Positions 52,141-64,000 of a stretch of DNA of 64,000 nucleotides are shown here, piece after piece; within the stretch, counting starts at the first letter, position 1, and each line of letters begins with the position of its first letter. The translations under genes were made by a program, and so were the position numbers. This DNA comes from Octopus sinensis (taxonomy: Eukaryota): NCBI RefSeq assembly GCF_006345805.1, contig NC_043000.1, positions 67,208,001-67,272,000 on the forward strand, read 5' to 3'. The notes beneath the pieces are model-generated. The model saw nothing but the letters and a program-made list of their open reading frames with translations. It did not search any database and had not been told where the DNA came from.

Positions 52141-52533
52141 TTTACTCTTTTACTTGTGTCAGTCATTTGACTGTGGCCATGCTGGAGCACCGCCTTTAGT
52201 CGAGCAAGTCGACCCCAGGACTTATTTATTGTAAGCCTAGTACTTATTCTATCGGTCTCTATTGCCGAACCGCTAGATTACGGGGTCGTAAAGACACCAG
52301 CATCGGTTGTCAAGCGATGTTGGGGGGGGGAACAAACACAGACACACAAATATATACACATACATACATATATACATATATGCGACAGGCTTCTTTCAGA
52401 TTCCGTTTACCAAATCCACTCACAAGGCTTTGGTCGACCTGAGGCTATAGTAGAAGACACTTACTCAAGTAAGACACTTACCCTGGAACCAGGTGTTTTG
52501 TAAACAACTACCTACCACACAGCCACTCCTACA
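52141..52533 (-). mobile_element. tRNA-derived SINE, family B
   Basis: Reverse complement of the 24136 and 33697 copies. Confidence 0.85.
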
Positions 52534-52586
52534 CTTATGTACACACACACACACACATATATATATATAATATATATATATATATA

Positions 52587-53410
52587 CTAGCAGTATTGCC
52601 CGGCTCGTGCGCTCGTGCTTTCTATGCACGCGCGAATTAAGCTAAACTTGGATGAAGTTCAATAAAAATTCAATTATTTTGGTTTTAAAATCAAGCATTT
52701 AATGCCCTCTATTTTTGCGCTTATGTGTTCCATTTCCTCAATAGAAAGTACGTAGAAGCGTTTCATAATTTTTTGTTGATCAAATAATTGCATTGTTGAA
52801 TTATTCTTTTAAATCAGTATTTTTCAACGAGGATTTCAGGGGGAGTCGCTGGCGATGTATTGTGATGATCAAAAATCCGGCCTGCTAAAATTTGGTTAAA
52901 GTGATTCAAACTGCAGACTCAACGCAAAATGGTCAGATTTAATTCAAAGCGTTAAAAATGTTATGAAAACAATTGGTATGTGTTTACAATGTCTAAACGA
53001 CTAATACGAAAAAACCCTCCAGGCTACATCCCGAAAATTCATTTCTGTGCCGAATTTCTACAATGTTTACGGCGATTTGTTTTTATATCTTGATTTTTTA
53101 TTTTTCATGCAATTTACGCATGCTTGCACGCGTGGTCAACACAGTTCACGTCAAACAGCTGACTGAGTAAAGTTCACTATTCAATGCATGGGATAAGGCC
53201 TAAACAAACACATATCGATTTTTGCACTTGCGAGATGAATTTCGGAACAGAAATAGCGCAGTTCAATTTTCATTCGCCTAAACTTTAAGTGACCCATTTT
53301 TGGTGATTCTACGATTTGTTGGCTAGGAGGATATGTGTCGGGAAGTTAAACACACAGACACACACGCAGATACACACACAGACACACAAGTTGAGTTTTA
53401 TATATATAGA
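52587..53410 (-). mobile_element. Non-autonomous Helitron
   Basis: tactagcagtattgcccgg (3' CTAG end) at 52587 and a (CA)-rich/ttttatatatatagat 5' TC end at 53410. Confidence 0.7.
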
Positions 53411-53510
53411 TATATACATAGGCGCCTATGTATGTATTTATAAATACATATATACATAAATATATATGTATGTATAAATATATATGTAAATATATATATA
53501 AATATACATG

Positions 53511-53565
<55 letters not shown>

Positions 53566-53713
53566 ATAAACAAATGAATAAATAAATATATACATTATCG
53601 AAATTGCGAGGATGATCCGGTTCTTGACTGAAGATTAAAGGCTTCGAATGACCCATCCGTGTTTTTTGTATCGTTTGTTTGGATGTTTCGCGTTCCTGTC
53701 CCATTTTGTATTT

Positions 53714-53774
<61 letters not shown>

Positions 53775-54095
53775 GTATGTATGTATATATGTATATATAT
53801 GTGTGTATATTTAAATATTTCCATGATTTCATGTGTACATAGCAAACAGAATTTATTACCTATTCTATATGATTTAGATTTGCACACGATCTCTCAATTT
53901 AATTTATACTTTATTTCTTTAGATTTTAATTCCCATATATATTTACTTAGGTCCGTCTAGTTCATCAATATTAAAAGCTAAATCAAAACTGATAAAATGT
54001 CAGGATGAACGAAAAATTAAATGTAAACATAAGCTGAATTGCCTATTTAATAAGATGCGATAAGATTAGATTCTTTAGAGAATAATTAAAACGAA

Positions 54096-54742
54096 AATTG
54101 CTATTAAATGTGGTTTTGTTCGTTTTGGCTGCTTCTTCTACCATGTAAAAATTACCCGTTAAAGGGTAGTTATCTCTTGTGTTTAAATGTACACAATTTT
54201 ATATTAAGAATATGTTGTCTATTGACTATTTATACATGCTAGGCCACTGGAGGTGATATTTCTAAGAATATTCAACACCCTATATATGTATCTTACGAAT
54301 ATGATCTTAGCATTCTCGAAGATTTAGCTCGGCATTATCCATTCACTGCCGACTGAAACTGCGCTTGCGCGCTGAATTTTGAAAAATTATAACATATAAT
54401 GATGACACACGTGTTATTTGCCTCTGAATTATAAGTTAGTTGTTAAGGCCGGTTACTGATGATAATTCGCCTAGCAAATTATCTTATTTGCTAAAGAAAT
54501 TTGAAACGTAGATATAAGCGCAAAAAATAACAAGGTAAAAGTTTTATTTTTCATTTCCTTCGAAAATTGTTATTAAATGTGGTTTTGTACGTTTTGGTTG
54601 CTTCTTCTAGTGTGTAAAAATTACCTGTTAAAGGGTAGTTTTCTCTTGTGTTTAAATGTACACTATTTTATATTAAGAATATGTTGTTTATTGACTATTT
54701 AGACATGCTAGGCCACTGGTAGTGATATTTCTAAGAATATTC
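54096..54742. repeat. ~180-bp dispersed direct repeat
   Basis: aaattg(c/t)tattaaatgtggttttg...gtgatatttctaagaatattc at about 54096-54273 and about 54563-54742. Confidence 0.85.
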
Positions 54743-54747
54743 GGTAC

Positions 54748-54749
<2 letters not shown>

Positions 54750-54787
<38 letters not shown>

Positions 54788-54795
54788 TGTGTGTG

Positions 54796-54838
<43 letters not shown>

Positions 54839-54888
54839 TTATATATATATGTATTTATATATATATATATATATTTATATATATTATA

Positions 54889-54919
<31 letters not shown>

Positions 54920-54988
54920 TATATTATTATAGAGATATATATCTATATAAAGATACATATATGTATGTAATATATAGTTATATATGCA

Positions 54989-55020
<32 letters not shown>

Positions 55021-55430
55021 TAATATGTGTATAGTGTATATACATAATATATGTATTTATATATATATGTATTATATATATATATATATATAGTATATTT
55101 ATATATATATATATATATATATATTTATTATATATTATTTATAGATATATATCTATATAAAGATACATATAGTATGTATATATATAGTTATATATGCATA
55201 TTTATATATATATATATATATATAGATAGATAGATAGATGAGAGATAGATAGCTATGATATGGTATAGATATATAGTTATATATGCATATATATATATAT
55301 ATTTATATATATGATATATATATATATATATATTATATGTATATAAAATAGATATATATTTATATGTATATATATTATATTATTCTATATAGATAGATAT
55401 TTATAGACATATATATATATCTATATAATA
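54750..55430. repeat. (TA)n-derived microsatellite
   Basis: Direct inspection. Confidence 0.95.
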
Positions 55431-55591
55431 ATAAATATTAGGGAATAAATCCAAATTTACAGGGAAAAATCAGATTTAGGATTAAATCCAATTTTATAGT
55501 AAAATATTATATAATGTTATTCGAGACAAAACCACAAACAAGGAAAGACTTAATTAATACATAAAAATTTTTAATATAAAGAAATAAACCG

Positions 55592-55634
55592 CCACTACAA
55601 TCGTTTCGTGTCTTCAATGACATTCGTCAGGTGG
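55592..55634 (-). ncRNA. Type I hammerhead ribozyme motif with canonical core
   Basis: CCAC-CTGACGA-ATGTC(ATTGAA)GACAC-GAAAC-GATT-GTA-GTGG; near-palindromic stem III, GUA triplet. Confidence 0.7.
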
Positions 55635-55832
55635 ATTTTCGATCTCCTAATCTGTTTTAAATTAAAACGGTTTATTTCTTTATATTAAAAATTTTTTATG
55701 TATTGATTAAGTCTTTCCTTGTTTGTTTTGCAAAATAGTGGTTTTGTCTATATATAGATAGATATTTATAGACATATATATATATATGTTTATATATGTA
55801 TTTATATATATATATATATTTATATATGTATT

Positions 55833-55895
<63 letters not shown>

Positions 55896-56259
55896 CAAGC
55901 AAAATCTGTAGCAAGTCTTTCTTCCTGATACCTTTGTCGCTCTTAATCTGATGTGAAGGCAGCATGTTGCTTGTCTATCTCCTTACCTTCTTGGAGATTT
56001 TATGTAAAATTATACTAATGTGACCATATGCTTTAATTTTATTAAAGTCTATGTTTTTACGGAGCTGAGGATTGCTCTGCATTTAAATTGATGTAATGAT
56101 TGCGTTGTTCAATTACATGGAGTTGCTTGAAACGATCGTACTGTATTACTTCTGGATATCCTTGTTGCTTATTTCGATTTTAATCATCTTATTTTGCAAT
56201 TGTATGGATAATGCCGTACTAAATTCTGGTGCCTCAAATTAAGTACCTTATTCATCTGA

Positions 56260-56581
<322 letters not shown>

Positions 56582-56699
56582 TTTTTAGAAAACATAAATG
56601 CAGAGAATAAGCACAATCTAAGAACTGGAGCAGTCTATATTTATTCCGGGTGGAGGCCGGTTTATGGTGTTACCTTGGGTTTCTTGTCCATAAAGGGTG

Positions 56700-57545
56700 A
56701 AAATTTTGGCGTATCGTCTGGTGAAGACCGATTTATGGGGTTTCCTTGGGTTTCCCGCCCATAAAGGCTTTAATTTTATGGCGTATAGTCAGACCCGAAG
56801 ACTTTGTAATCCCACCTAAATCACAGCATGACCTTTGTTTGATGAAATTCAGCTTTCGATGTGGTTTGTGCTGGTTCATTATGCTTAGACCATGATTGTT
56901 TTCGATTGGTGATATTGTGCACAATGGTTTAAGAGAAAAACATGTCGATTTCATTGCGTTTGAGATGCATATCGCAAATATTGATTCTTTGTGTTAAATT
57001 AATCTTTTTCAATTTATGTGGAACCCAAATATCGAGCTTCTTAACGAGTACAAGACATTTTACGTGATTTTCAATTGTTGTGTGTGATACATTTAACCTC
57101 TCTGCATCTCTCGCAAACATATATGACAATCAGATTCAATTATGGCTTTGATTCAGTCATCCTCAACTTCAGTAGGTCGACCAGAACGTTGGTCCTCTTT
57201 GAGTGAAAAATCTCCGGAACGGAAATTTTTAAACCATTTCTGTGTGCGTTCTGTTAAGCAATCAACACCATCAATTTCACATATCTCTTTGTGAGCCTCA
57301 GCAGTTTTCTTGCCTCTATAGAAATAAAAAAAGCAAAATATGGTGAAAATGTTCGTTTTTGCACCCCATGTTAAAATTGACATTGAACAGCTGTAAACAA
57401 AATTACGCGCAATTCGCTTCTAAAGTAAACTAAAAGTAACGGCTATCAAATGTCAAAAGGAAAAAAAATCATAACATTGATAAAAGTCATTAAAAAAATC
57501 GTAACTCTATTTATGAAAAACGAAATTACTTCCTTGCCAAACCAA
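56700..57545 (-). mobile_element. Mariner transposon 5' half, frameshifted
   Basis: TIR TA|TTGGTTTGGCAAGGAAGTAATTTCG; HTH segment QKWFKNFRSGDFSLKEDQRSGRPTEVEDD; KKLDIWVPHKL. Confidence 0.85.
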
Positions 57546-57615
57546 TATATTTGTATACATACATACATACATACATACATACATACATACATACATACAT
57601 ACATACATACATACA

Positions 57616-57649
<34 letters not shown>

Positions 57650-58390
57650 CAGTTACTCTATAAGATTACAAGTTCAGGTTTATACCTACAATTATTAGGC
57701 CCTCGGATATGTAACACACTGCCTAAATACCAATCTTGAGAAATTAGGCTTCTCAAAACAAGAAAGGAGAAAGCTAATTCGAAGATTACTGATCCAATCC
57801 ATCACTGGAACTGTAAAAATCTGTAAAACTTTCCAGAAGTTTAGCATTTAAATATATATGAGCATGTCTAGATATGCAACTATATGCATGAAAATGCATA
57901 CATAAAACATACGAATATGCACATATATACATGCATACATACAGACAGAAATACTCTGTTGATGTTGAATTTCCAATGAAGGCGCGCCTTGGAGCTAGGT
58001 TAGAAACCGGTTCTTTCTCTCTTGGCAAGAAATCTTGAAATAAATTGAATATCAACATACATACATATACACAGATATACATACACACACAGATACATAT
58101 ACATACATATAGATACACACACGCATGCACACTCACATATATATATACACCCACATATATACTTGCATATATATTCGCATACACATTAGTGGTAATGTAA
58201 TTAGAGAGTCGACATGTTAATTCCACACTATATAAAATTATACAAGTAAGGTTCAATTAAATCAAAAAATAAAATACGGGCGAGAAAATATTTTGTCATT
58301 GGTACGTAGTTGCATATATATATAAATATATATAGAGAGAGATAGATAGATAAATGCATTTACATACACACACAGACATATACATATGCA

Positions 58391-58457
<67 letters not shown>

Positions 58458-58799
58458 TCACACAATCATACACGTACGCACACATATATCTCCATATATT
58501 TGTACACGCTCACAGGCTCTCATACACACATATAGATCCATAAACATATACATGCACGCACATATATTCATAGGTATAGAGATATACATATACACACACA
58601 AACATACATATATACATATATATTTTTTTCCACACACACATATATACATACACACAAACTTATCTGTACATACACACACACATACATACGTATCTAAGCC
58701 GCCATACACACACACACACACACACATTCATACGCACACGCACACCCACGTATACTAACTTCTATAAGTATCTCATACACATCCCTACATACACAGCCA

Positions 58800-61500
58800 T
58801 TTATGTAAGTAAATAAACAACGTCCCATGGGCAGACTAATGTAGGTTATGAAGAGTGGGGAAATATAAGGATATAGAAAAAAGTTGTTACGGTAAGGGTC
58901 ACGAAGCATCAGAAATAAAAATTGTAGATAAAATATTTCTGCAGCAGGTTTTTATGCCTCTATATTTGAAATGTATGTAACTTGAGGTGTAAATGCATCC
59001 GAGATAAGATGGGATAATAGCTTCATATATAGTGGACTCCGATCGGTAATAAAAACAACGAATCGGAGAAATATATTTGGACATAAGGAAAAGATATAAT
59101 AAAATAAAATAGTTTTTGTATAATGTCGTGGGTCAGGTGAGAAATGAAAAATGAAAAACATAAAGGTAAAAGCTCATGTAATATCTGCAGTGTCTAATCC
59201 TCCATGAGAGTTGGATGTGTATAAATCTTAGATTAAGTCTCGGGGTGGGTGGGTATGGTGTATAAAAATATACCAATTCCGTTACATAAATTAAAAAAAT
59301 AAAAGTAGGGATAGAAATAGAAACAGCTGGATAGGGAAATGTGAAAAATTATAAGTTAAAAAATTAACAACTTATAAATATTATTAGTTCGAGAGGTTGA
59401 AACCTGGAAAAGAATGGCAGGAAGGCTATCACCAAGAAAACCAAGAGAAATAAGAAAAGTGTTGGAATATAATCGGTAGAAAAAAATTAATAGAAAAAAT
59501 CATAAATCTTAAACGTCAGAGAAGTGAATTTAAAAAGGTAAAAAGAATCGAACAAGGAAAGTTGTTCGTGAAACCAAATGGCCGATTTGTACATTTAAAA
59601 CATGAGTGTGAAGGATAAGCACATAAGGGCTAATAGGGTTAGCGAAAGTAGTTTTATAAAGCTAGTAGTGTAACCAGAAGTGAGTCTTTAATATATAAAA
59701 GTTGTAAGTGTCCAAAATGGACAATCGGACGAACATACGCCCCAATGTAGAAGACATAATTATAGTGGAGTAGGAAGAAGTGAACAGCAGGATGGTTTGA
59801 CGGGGCACGGAAACCTATAATGGGTTCGTGGGTGGATGTCCGTAGGATTCTGTAGGGACACTCCGCAGGGAAGCCCCACAGGCTACTATACACTGTAGAA
59901 AGGGGATATTGAGGTGGCGGGGGCTAAAATGAGTTTTGCGAAAGTTCTGTGTTCTTTATGCGGACACCGTATAAACACTTCGTCTCCTTTGTTAATAATG
60001 TTAACCCGAATTTATACTGTCACAAAAGCCTTGACCGTGCAAAGATTACACTCCCCTGTCCTCCCGTGTAGGGGAATGCAGACCAAGAAATTACGTATGG
60101 GGCTTCTTCAGTTTTAAGTCCCAAACCAACTCTGCCAGCAATGTGAACTTATGCTTATAAACGATCTTAAAGAAATGGACATGTTTATAAAATCTCCAGT
60201 GGCTCCTATGTACTGGAAGGTATTATTGTCGGTGGTGACAGAGCCCTTATAAACTATATTCTTCCTGAGGCACTGGTTATCCAGGCGACACGTGGAAGGT
60301 GCACAACAGTTAAAAAGGTCTTGACAGGCGAGGTCTTAGGCGGTTCCCCCGGTTTTTTCCGGAATCCTGGAGTGAGGCGTCGTGTTGCTGAGTGGTTGAT
60401 GCCCGTTAGCCTCCGCCGTGTGCTGGGCCGGTTTGGGGGTGTATCTGGATTATTAGGTGGATCTGAATCAGTCCTGGGGTTTAATTTTCTGTTATTTAGG
60501 GTAGCTATAGTTTGCGCTAACTTAGGTGTGATGGAGTAGGATAACTTTATACTGTGTCTATTAAAGATTTTGTGGTATATATGTGTGTGTGTGTGACGGG
60601 GGAAGTGTTTGTCTAGTGGTCTAAAGAAAATGCCAGATATGTCTGAAGCAATGTTCAATGCAAAAAGGTGGGTTAAACCATATTATATTCCTCTTGCATT
60701 ACCAGTCAGTTCGAATTCTATGCCGTAGGTTAGAGTATCTTACAACACCTTGCTAATTGGTATCGGGTTTTCTCCTACACTTAGGGCATTGTTCTACGAG
60801 TTTATCATTATGGTCTAATTTCTTAGAGATCGCATTTGTGGAGTGCAGTGAACCTGATCTATTTCTGTGACGACGTTAAAGTGCGTGGTCTTGTTTGTTT
60901 AACTCAGTTACGATGTGATGGAGGGTGATCGAGAGTAGGAACCGGTGCGTCTGCCTAGCTCAAGCCATTACTTCATTATAGTAATGGGCGTTCTGTGTGA
61001 AGATGTCCCTATTCACGGACAACCTCCATATTCTGGTGGAGACGCTATTTACAATTGATCTTACAACAGTCTTGTGGTAGTTAGAGTACCCATTAACATA
61101 CCGGAGGTTTTCATTAGATTTGTGATAAGGACTATACAAACCCATTTCGAGGTTCAGGGTTACATCTAGGAAGTCTGCTATCCTATGGTTACTGTCTATT
61201 GTAACGGAGAGGCCAAAGTGATGGAAAAGACTTCGAATCTTCTTATATATATGTGCGAGTACACACACACACACACACAGATATGTGTATGTATATAAAT
61301 ATGCGTGCATAGATACATAGATATTTATATATCTATATATATGTTTATTTATATATATATATATATAAGGCAACTCGTTGCTAAACCCTTATTACTTAGT
61401 ATTACTTAAATTTTCCTCGAATGAGGCTTTTACATGCCGAAGACTACTTGGTGTAATTGATAATTTTTCCAAATTAATTAATTTCACCCTTCATTATTAC
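58800..61500 (-). mobile_element. Decayed Penelope-like element
   Basis: [31 protein letters not shown]...HKIFNRHSIKLSYSITP; degenerate hammerhead-like motif at 61418-61442 on the + strand. Confidence 0.75.
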
Positions 61501-61503
61501 GGA

Positions 61504-61545
<42 letters not shown>

Positions 61546-61552
61546 TACATAC

Positions 61553-61640
<88 letters not shown>

Positions 61641-61695
61641 CTACATATATATGTATATATTTATACATGCATATATACATTTATGCCACCACGAA

Positions 61696-61746
<51 letters not shown>

Positions 61747-63129
61747 CACACACATATATATATACGTTTATACATATATCCAAAGTAGCCATGGAATAGT
61801 AGACGTTAAAACGACCACGGTGATGATACGTATATGTGTATGTGTGTGTGTGTACTCGTATTTATGCACACTTCTCTAATACGTACATTTTAAATTACAT
61901 CCTTTCCTATATATAAAGAAACTTGTGTATATATTTTTCATTCTTTCATATACATAGAGACAGAAAGATGTCTGTATTCCACACACACTTACTTACAGCG
62001 GAGGGAAGAGTAGAAATGTGTGATAAATAGACAGAAAATAGAGAACAGGAATTTTGTTCATAATGAAGTTGTTATCCTCTCCTCTATCGGATTTATTTAT
62101 AGATGCTTTCTGTAACTAGATTTTCTGTTTAAGTCACGCCAATGCAAAAAACATTAGTCTGGTTAAATAATGTTGACACAAGAAACTTTATCGTTGCAAG
62201 ATTATTTTATTAAACATGGTCATTATTGAAAACCCTAAGGAATTGTTACAAAAATACATTTGAAATATTACCATATTATAATTTCTACGATAAAAGATAT
62301 TTAAAAAGTTTTGAATGAAATTTATAAGCGAGTACAGGTTATAAAGTGGACTGTCGGAATTGCGAAAGTGTGTATTTTAATCATAAAAATGAAAGAAAGA
62401 AAAAACTGGCAGGAACGTTTACAACCCAGATAAAATGCCTGTAGTATTTATTTAGACTAATACATTTTGTGTTCAAATTTCTTCAAGGTGAACTTCTTTC
62501 TGTGGTGGGGAGAGAGAGAGAGAGAGAAATAAAGAAAGAAAAGTTCCAGTCTTAAATTTTTTTCAAAATTTAATTTTAAATATGTTATGAGAGTAGAAAC
62601 CTAAGAATGGATTATATACACATCTATTGATACATAAACGTGACTGTGCGGTTAAGAAGTTTGCTTCCCTATCATGTGGCTTTGAGTTCTGTATTACTGC
62701 ACGACAGCTTCGGACTATGAGCACATTTAGCAGAAAGAAAACCTTAATGTGTGTTTGTGCGTGTGTATGTGTGTCCTTGTCATGACGTCGATATAAGGTT
62801 GTAAACCAGAATTACCAGTCATACAAGCGAGGTTGTTCGTTTCCCGTCTTCCAGGATAAAGGTCGAAGCTATGGGAAAATATTACCTTGCTTGGAACTAG
62901 GTGAGCGTAAGCGACAGGAAGGGCATCCGGCAGTAGAAAAATTTGTTTCCACAAATTCTGTCTGACTTTTGCAAGCATGCAAAAGTGAGCATTAAATGAT
63001 GTTGTCACACAGCTACAGGAGCTAGCTGTGGGACTCCGTAAGTTAATTCACAAACTACTTGTCAAAGAGGGCAAGAACTCCGAATAAGACCTGTGACAGC
63101 GGTCAGCTAAAGAGTTCATAGACTGACCA

Positions 63130-63830
63130 AATACTTTCATGGAATGTAAACAAATGAAGTTTATTTTTCAATATAGTGCCCCTTGCGATCCGCGTACTAC
63201 TTCTATCGGTGTTGCAGTGTTTGGGTCCCATTGCTGAAGAAACTTATCCTGTTGGTCAAAAAGGTTATCAACAGCATATATGACGTCATCATCATTGCGA
63301 TACTGGTTTCCAGCCGAGTGTCTTTTTATGTTGAGGAACAGAAGATAGTTAGAGGGGGTCAAATCAGGAGAATAGGGAGTCTGCTCAGTCAGTTTAAAGC
63401 CAATCACGCACAGCAACCATTGAAACCAATAACTTGTGTACTGGAGTGTTGTCTTGATGAAACAAGATCCCTTTTGTCAGTTTTCCTGGGCGATTGACCT
63501 TGATAGCTTTTCGTACTGTTCAGAAAGTTGGCTTAGTACACTCTATTGATGGTGTAACCTTTTTGAAGATGGTCAATAAGATAAGCGCAATGCCTTTTGC
63601 ATCCCCAAACAATTGAAGCCATTACCTTCCCTGCGGATGAAATGACCTTGGCCTTCTTTGAAGCAGGCGAAGAGGGGTGTTTCCATTTCATGGATCGTCT
63701 CTTTGTCTCTAGTTCAAAGTGATGGAGCCAACACTCATCCTGGCTTAGGTATCGTTCAAGGAAACCTACTGGAACTGCCTGAAACAATGTCAAATTTTAC
63801 CCGTGATGTGATCAACCTGGTGCGCTGATC
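63130..63830 (-). mobile_element. Mariner (DD34D-type) transposase catalytic-domain remnant
   Basis: DECWLHHF..., SAGKVMASIVWG, and PYSPDLTPSNYLLF. Confidence 0.85.
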
Positions 63831-64000
63831 GCATTTTCTTTATAAAAATTACAAATAATAGGTTTTTCAAGAACTTCAAGAATTGGTATGGATTTTCTAA
63901 AGTCTAGAATTATATATTTAAAATCTGCAGCAAACGTAGATACATCACTTTTCTCTGTCAAGTCTCTTCATTGAGTTGTGGGTGGCATTAGATAAGCGAA

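Noticed and set aside
58884-58920. Possible hammerhead motif on the minus strand (CTGATGC...CGTAAC)
   Set aside because: Both core boxes are mutated and stem II is not convincing.

Overview
This is an AT-rich, repeat-dense eukaryotic window with a 100-N assembly gap at 19648-19747. The SINE families, Penelope load and TA microsatellites suggest an octopus (cephalopod) genome, which is an inference. Almost all ORFs in the track are microsatellite artefacts or decayed transposon fragments. One intact host gene can be assembled on the + strand from three phase-0 coding exons (25709-25945, 28007-28216, 41677-41997). It gives a 255-aa protein with the ETX/MTX2 (aerolysin-like beta-pore-forming toxin) signature, resembling the lectin-less LIN-24/glabralysin-type animal proteins. 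It has no signal peptide, an acidic C-terminal tail, and the whole predicted membrane-insertion hairpin sits on one symmetric exon. The rest of the window is nested mobile DNA: several Penelope-like elements (many with hammerhead ribozyme motifs, one with twin-priming-type 5' inversion geometry), an 851-bp hammerhead-bearing tandem repeat, a Buster/Charlie hAT element with TIRs and TSD, non-autonomous Helitrons, Tc1/mariner relics, MITEs, Tx1/CR1/I/RTE LINE fragments and tRNA-derived SINEs. All family assignments come from motif recognition by eye; no database search was run.
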